This document shows positions 58,121-64,000 of a DNA stretch of 64,000 bases, piece by piece. The translations under genes were made by a program, and so were the position numbers. Within the stretch, counting starts at the first letter, position 1; each line of letters opens with the position of its first letter. This stretch comes from the human T2T-CHM13v2.0 reference genome, Homo sapiens: the NCBI RefSeq assembly GCF_009914755.1, contig NC_060926.1, one strand, 5' to 3'. The notes below the pieces were generated by a model. It worked only from the letters and a program-made list of their open reading frames with translations, had not been told where the DNA came from and did no database searches.

Positions 58121-61100
58121 ACTAGGTATATAGCCATTCATTTTAGAAATATTTCTAGGGGCATAGACAAGGAAAGTACACATTCTTCCATATCATATTG
58201 CATACTATGGAGTCCAGAGATGCTTTTGAAAACTCACCTTCCAATTTTTTTCCCCCGAGTGACTTAGTTCTGGGACATTAAACCTGTGGCTGGTCTGCCA
58301 CCCCAATCATTAAGGATTATTTGAAATGAGAACCAAACCAGACTAGATAACAATGGGGGAAGGAGAAGATTTTTGCATGCTAAAGAAGGAATGATAGAAC
58401 AAGAGCAGAGAAACACAACATCCTAAAAACAGGATCATCAGGGCAATGGGATAAGTCTCACAAGGGGCAGGGAAAATAATTTGACAAAGGTGGGAGTCAA
58501 AATTCACTTCCCTTAATAAAGAGTTGAAGAATTCATTGCCATTAATATTTTCTCCTCTATACAGGATGATCACAGAATGTCCACATGGGTTTATATATTA
58601 CTAAATCTTTTGAATTCTTTCACAGGACATAGTTTTGCTTTTAATCACTCATTAGTGAACACTGGAGCAGCAATTTCCTTTTTTCATGACTTCAAATGGT
58701 GCATAGTCAGCTCTAAAGAGCCAAATGTATCTATGAGGTTTGTCATTCCTAGACTCTAGGGACAGGAGGAGGTTAGTGACAGAGAGACAGAGGTTAATGA
58801 GGAAGGCCTGAAGATGTGGCATATTTGGTTCAGTCAAACGTTTCCATTTTCATATAAATAGAGGATTGCTAAGGGGCAGAGACTAGCTATAGTGTATGTC
58901 ACCCATAAACTTACTGACCAGGCACCGTCTATTTTTTTATGCCTAACATTGACAACACCTTAGGAAAAAAGGAAGAATATAGCAGATCCTATAGCACTGG
59001 AAGAAGCATACCAGGACCATCCAAGATATCTACAAATGAGAAAACCAAGCTTGAGAATAGCCATCATTCACTTGACTTCCTCTAGGGGACATCAGGAAAA
59101 CACTGTTGTTTTTTCAGTAGGAGCAGACTCTTTCCCTTTATGGCTTCATTCCTTTCCAAGTTTAAGGAAGGACTGAGAAATTTTACTGTATCCTCTTCAA
59201 GGAGAAGCACTTCTTAGAGCTAAGAGCTCTGGTTGCACTAAACTATCCCAGGTGTGGTTTGCCACTTCTCCTATGTGTGCTTCTGACTGGGGTGGGCAGG
59301 GTAGGGGGTGGGGTAGTGGTGTGCACATTTATTATTTACTCAGCAAATGCAACCCATAAAAACATAGAAACTGAAAAATTAATAATAGCCCTAAAGAGAA
59401 TTTTACATGTACCCTGATTTGACTATGTAATTAGGCTGAGATAAATGGGCACATATAAATCTCACATTTCTCTGGTTCCCATGAGCCAAACCTAAGTTAT
59501 GTCTATTCTTTGGAGACCTCACTTGACAATGGCTCTCCTAAGTCAATGACACTAAGCAGTTTTAGATGTAATTTGAATCTGTCTGTTCTACACTGACTAC
59601 TGCACTATCAGGACATTGATGGACACATTCCTAGCATCTTGCCTAGAGAATCACGGGTGGGGCATAAAAAAACCAAATGTTCCGATGAATTCAGATACAG
59701 TTATCTCAGTGCATGAAGCAGCTTCTTTTCTTCTATTCCTGTTTGAACATTCAGAGCTCAGTGGGAGCCCACTGTGCATAATGGGATCAAAATGACATGG
59801 ATTGTGGGAGCCTGCAACCTCTTTGAGAAGACCTCGGATTCCCATTATGACTTTGAATCTGTTTCATTAATATCCGCCACTCAGAACACTTTCCCCTCTC
59901 TTCTTTGATAATGGAAATCCTACTGTCTCCATAAAACCTTCTCTTGCTTCTCTGCCTGACATAGATCTAACTCCCACGTCTTTCAACTGCTTTGGCACCA
60001 AAGATCTGGACAGCAACATTTAGGGGTTGCTTATATTCTGGTTTATACTCTGTTTTACGTGAATTCCAATTTCTGTAACTACATTATAAATTTCTTCGGG
60101 GTTAGAACCAAATCCTATCTGTTCTTTTAGCTCCTAATATGGAAGACTGGCAGCGATGAATGGATAGCTAGATTGATAAAAACAGCTTAGGAGCTACTAG
60201 TAAGAATGAATATGAGAATATAAGTGATATGCTGTTTTTTTCTGATTATATAAAGTCATAAACAGCTGGGGGAAACTCACATTTTCGGTTGGTGAGGAGC
60301 ACCTATTTTGTTTATTACTGTTTCTTCCAGGAACCCTCTCGCCTTCCCACCTTCCCTGGTTCCTTTTATACACCACACTTAAAATTGGAGGCATAACCTT
60401 GTTCAAGCATGTGCAAAACGGGAACATGGTAATGAACTCTTATTGCTGCTATAAACTTGATGAATGGCTTGTGGAGGAAGGGCATTAAATGGCAATCTCA
60501 GTCCAGTGATTAGCTCTGCAGCATTCCTCCTTTGGAACTCATGCAGACCAGCACAGATTTCATTCTGCTCTAGGTTTCCTGTGGGCTCCATCAGGTGTGC
60601 AGAAATGCTACTGGGCCTTGGCTGGAGGGGAAAGGAGCAAAGAAAGTCTGTTTCCCCCATCCCCCTCCCCCAGCACTCTTACTGCCTGCTTTCATTTCAC
60701 CTCCCCCAACCTGCTTCACTCACAATTTTAGCTGTGTTTGATCTAGAAGAAACCTTATGTGCTAACTTGCCCTGCACTTTCCCTCTGACTTTTGCCCACC
60801 TCAGACTGCCAGGACATAATGGCTATATTTAGACTTGTGCTTCTTCCCTGAGATACAGTTTTTCTGTCACAAGAGGGAGTGCTCAGGCTCAATTAGCCCA
60901 GATGAGCCACACAATGGGCTCCTGAAACAGTTGTATGTGAATTGCATTTTTCAGTGTCCAGCTGTGTTTCTAGAGCACCAAGAGAGGGGCTTTTAGAAAC
61001 TGCAACAGTACTTTTATAAGTGACTAATTGTACTAAAAACTGAGGACCATTTTAACAATTAAATGTGATCTGACAATGACAAAGGGAATATGAAAAGTGT

Positions 61101-61274
61101 TTTTTTTCCCCATAATCTATCATTTGGCTAATAGCAGTGAATTATGTGTTTGTTATGTGCTTTTCTCTAATTGTTTCCTGTGTATTTTATCAACAACTAC
61201 ACTGAAGCAGAGGCTGTGTGCCATTTCTCTTGTATCCTCTACCACACAGGTCCCAACACAGGAATCGTATTTCA

Positions 61275-61412
61275 TAGACCAGGAGCATTGGCTTCACCTG
61301 AGAGCTGGTTTAGGCAGACAAATCTTAGGTCCACCCAGACCTACTCAATCAGACTCTCCACAGTAGTTAGATCCTCAGTGATTTGTATGCACATTAAATT
61401 TTGAAGTGCTTT
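61275..61412. mobile_element. MER5A/B-like fossil
   Basis: gaccaggagcattggcttcacctgagagct...ccacccagacctact...gtgatttgtatgcacattaaatttt. Confidence 0.6.
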
Positions 61413-61964
61413 ATGTAGGAGACATTGAACAGGAACTCATGAAATGCTCATTGAATTTAACTAAAAGAAAAATCCTCTCTTGCAGAGATGAAATCTTGGC
61501 TAAGAGGTTCTGGTTGAATCTACATGTCACTAGAATGTTAATTTCAAGGGAAGGCAGACAGAGGTAGGCAAAAACAAGAAAAAAGAAAGCCAATAAGTCT
61601 AGTTGACTTAGGAAATTTTCTTTAAAAAAATGTTTTGCCGGGACAGCTTGGGTCAATTTTTATTAATGGATACACCTTATTTGAGCATTTTCTCTTTGGC
61701 GTGGAAAAGGCCAGCTTTGCACTTGGATTTTTACTGCTTGGATTAGACATCCATCCGCTTCTAAAACATCCTTTTTTTCCCCAGTGCCAAGTGCTCAACG
61801 CTGAGTGGGAAGTATGAGAAATATTGAGCAAAAACATGTGCATATGAAGGTTACATACTTGGCAGAAATTTAAGGGTTATTGTTTTCTTCAGACTTGGAC
61901 ACACTTACTATTTTGTACTGACATGACTATAAGACTCTCAAGATCTAATTTCTTTTAATAGATG

Positions 61965-62770
61965 ACAGGCAACATGGCACAAAACAAAACACTATATGGA
62001 GAAAGTGCACAGGATGTGGTGTCAGAGAAAACTCACCTACATGACTTCTTAGATGTTGATCTCAGGCCAGTTACCAAATTTTTCTGAGCTTCATCTCCTC
62101 ACCTGTGAGGTAGGAACAAATACTTGTCCCAGCTGCTACTTAAAGGTTGGTGTGGGAGATTAATGAGCTAAGGGGTATATGAGGCATTTTGAAATTATAA
62201 AATAGGATAGCCACATGAAGATATTCATACTACTACTACAAATTAAATGGATGATAACTCTGAATTTGTGTTTATGTACGTCCTACTTCTCTCCATTAGG
62301 GAGCAAGGTTATCATTGTCCTACATCTTATATTATCTGGGCTACACTTTTGCATTCATAAATATCTCAGAATAGTAGATTAATGCATGAACTTTGGAGTA
62401 AGAATGCCTGGATTTAATTCCTGGCTTCATCACTTATCAACTGTGTGCTGATGGGCAAGTCACATAACCACTTTGGCTTCAACGTTCTCACTATAAAATT
62501 AGAATGATAGTAAGATTCTTATGATCAGATAAGACAATGCATATAAAGTGGCTTAGCTCAGTTTCTGGCAAAATAATCACACAACAAATGGCAGCTGTGA
62601 TTAATGTTGTTGTTAAGCAATATGAGAACTCCTTGAGTGCAGGGACTGTGTATCTTCATCTTTATTGCTCACAGCATCTATCAGTGACTACCAGGTAAGT
62701 TTCATCAAATCATGTCCTCATCTAATTAGCACACATTTTGTAGCTCAAGAAGAATTTGTTGAATCATTGA
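61965..62770 (+). mobile_element. Two MIRs (about 61965-62200 and 62385-62600) and an L2 3' end (about 62620-62770)
   Basis: ctgagcttcatctcctcacctgtg; ctttggagtaagaatgcctggatttaattcctggc; gaactccttgagtgcagggactgtgt. Confidence 0.65.
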
Positions 62771-63804
62771 TTGGTGGACGGATTATGCTTCTCTTAGTTG
62801 GCTTGGTCTCTCTTATAGTTGCTCACAAGTAGAACAGAACAAACACAACAGCATATTTGTGAGTCAGAAGGAGGTGTACTCAGCCCAAGGAAGCTCATTA
62901 GCTCCACAAGCTTCATCCCACAGACATACAGGGACTGATGGAAGTCACAGTCTTTTACTCTGTGAACCTTGATAAATTTCTTGATGAATTAGCTGGTGTC
63001 ATTCATCAGCCTGCACTTGTCTCAAGTATTTGACTGAAGTCGATAAATCTCCTCCTTTTAAAAAGCCTTAACCAGTGATCTCAGATTTGGCCTCACATCC
63101 TTAAAATTAGAATGGAACTTACTCTATATGTAGGATTTTTTGTTGTTGTTTTGGGACTTGGTGCTGCAGTAAACCACCACCCTTTATCTCCCAAGTCAAA
63201 TGTCTGCTTTACTAAATGAAAAGTTACATCTCAACTGTCTTAACTTGGTTGGACTGAGAGGTTATATGTACATGTGGAGAGAAGCAGAAAAGGAAATTTA
63301 AGGGAAGATATAAAAGGAGTACATTTTAAACAAATATGTGATGACTGACACCTCAATTTTCAACATTCAGTAAAGAAAAAAAATAATCTGAGTTTTCCAC
63401 CTGGTCAGAGAGTGAGGAGCCCATCAAAAGACGGGATCTCTAAAGCACTAATGTCAGTGTGCTTACAGCACGATCACCCTGCTCTCAAATTTAAGTGTAT
63501 GTACACACAGACTTTGTGGTCCAAACAAGCAAGTCAGCCAGGATATGGTTTTTCATGTATTAAAGCAGATGGTCCTTAAGCATATGTTCCACCCTGACTA
63601 AAATCCCACCATTAGCAATTCAATCCTTTAGATTGGGCATTACCCACTTTATGATTTTTACAAAAGGCATATTGGGTTGGAGGAGCCAGTTTACAAATTC
63701 CTTAGACTTTTGGTGTCAATAAGTTCTTCAGATGCTGTTATCCTTACTGGGAAAGAAGAATTATGAACAAGATTTAAAAACCTGAGAGCTTGACTTAAGA
63801 AACA

Positions 63805-63888
63805 TGAGGTGATGGGCATTTTATTAGCTTGATTGTACTATCATTTCACAAATATGTACACATATCAAAACTTCAGGTTGTACAGCTT
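63805..63888 (+). mobile_element. L1MA/MB 3' end fragment
   Basis: tgaggtgatggg...ttagcttgattgt...catatcaaaac...ttgtaca. Confidence 0.6.
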
Positions 63889-64000
63889 ATTTATTATTAT
63901 TTTTTGAGATGGAATCTTGCTTTGTTGTCCAGGCTGGAGTGCAATGGCACAATCTCAGCTCACGGCAAACTCCGCCTCCCAGGTTCAAGTGAGTCTCCTG
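63889..64000 (-). mobile_element. AluS right arm, cut off by the window end
   Basis: ttttgagatggaatcttgc...caggctggagtgcaatggc...ctcccaggttcaagtg. Confidence 0.9.

Noticed and set aside
57875-64000. Inverted Alu pair as a dsRNA/ADAR substrate
   Set aside because: The closest opposite-orientation pair in the window is about 5.8 kb apart and from divergent subfamilies (J and S). All closer pairs are direct.

Overview
This is 64 kb of AT-rich, CpG-depleted, repeat-dense primate genomic DNA. It is almost certainly human, because it carries a near-consensus AluYb8, a human-specific Alu subfamily, at 1711-2025. I see no host protein-coding exon, CpG island, RNA gene, CRISPR array or multi-gene system, so it reads as intronic or intergenic sequence. 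The only real protein homology in the ORF track is the broken ORF2 of a 3.6-kb 5'-truncated L1PA2-like element (24023-27598, minus) and a degraded ORF1 trace in an ancient L1 (about 52.8-54.9 kb). The rest is a layered record of Alus, L1 fragments, L2/MIR/L3, solo LTRs (THE1, MLT2A1, MLT1A/H/J, LTR33-like) and DNA-transposon fossils (MER58, MER82, MER103C, MER45A, MER5A). I did not find a new biological system. The most unusual signals are small-scale DNA-repair or retrotransposition signatures: (1) an exact 24-bp non-tandem duplication 4,073 bp apart (7520/11593); (2) a tailless, 5'-UTR-only L1 insertion with a target-site duplication (TSD) at 8440-8711; (3) an AluYb8 whose TSD is more diverged than its body; (4) an L1 with a ~28-nt twin-priming inversion (36816); (5) an 84-bp perfect palindrome, (TC)13(TA)16(GA)13, at 37847. 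Repeat family names come from my recollection of consensus sequences and need RepeatMasker/Dfam confirmation. Boundaries of old repeats are approximate.
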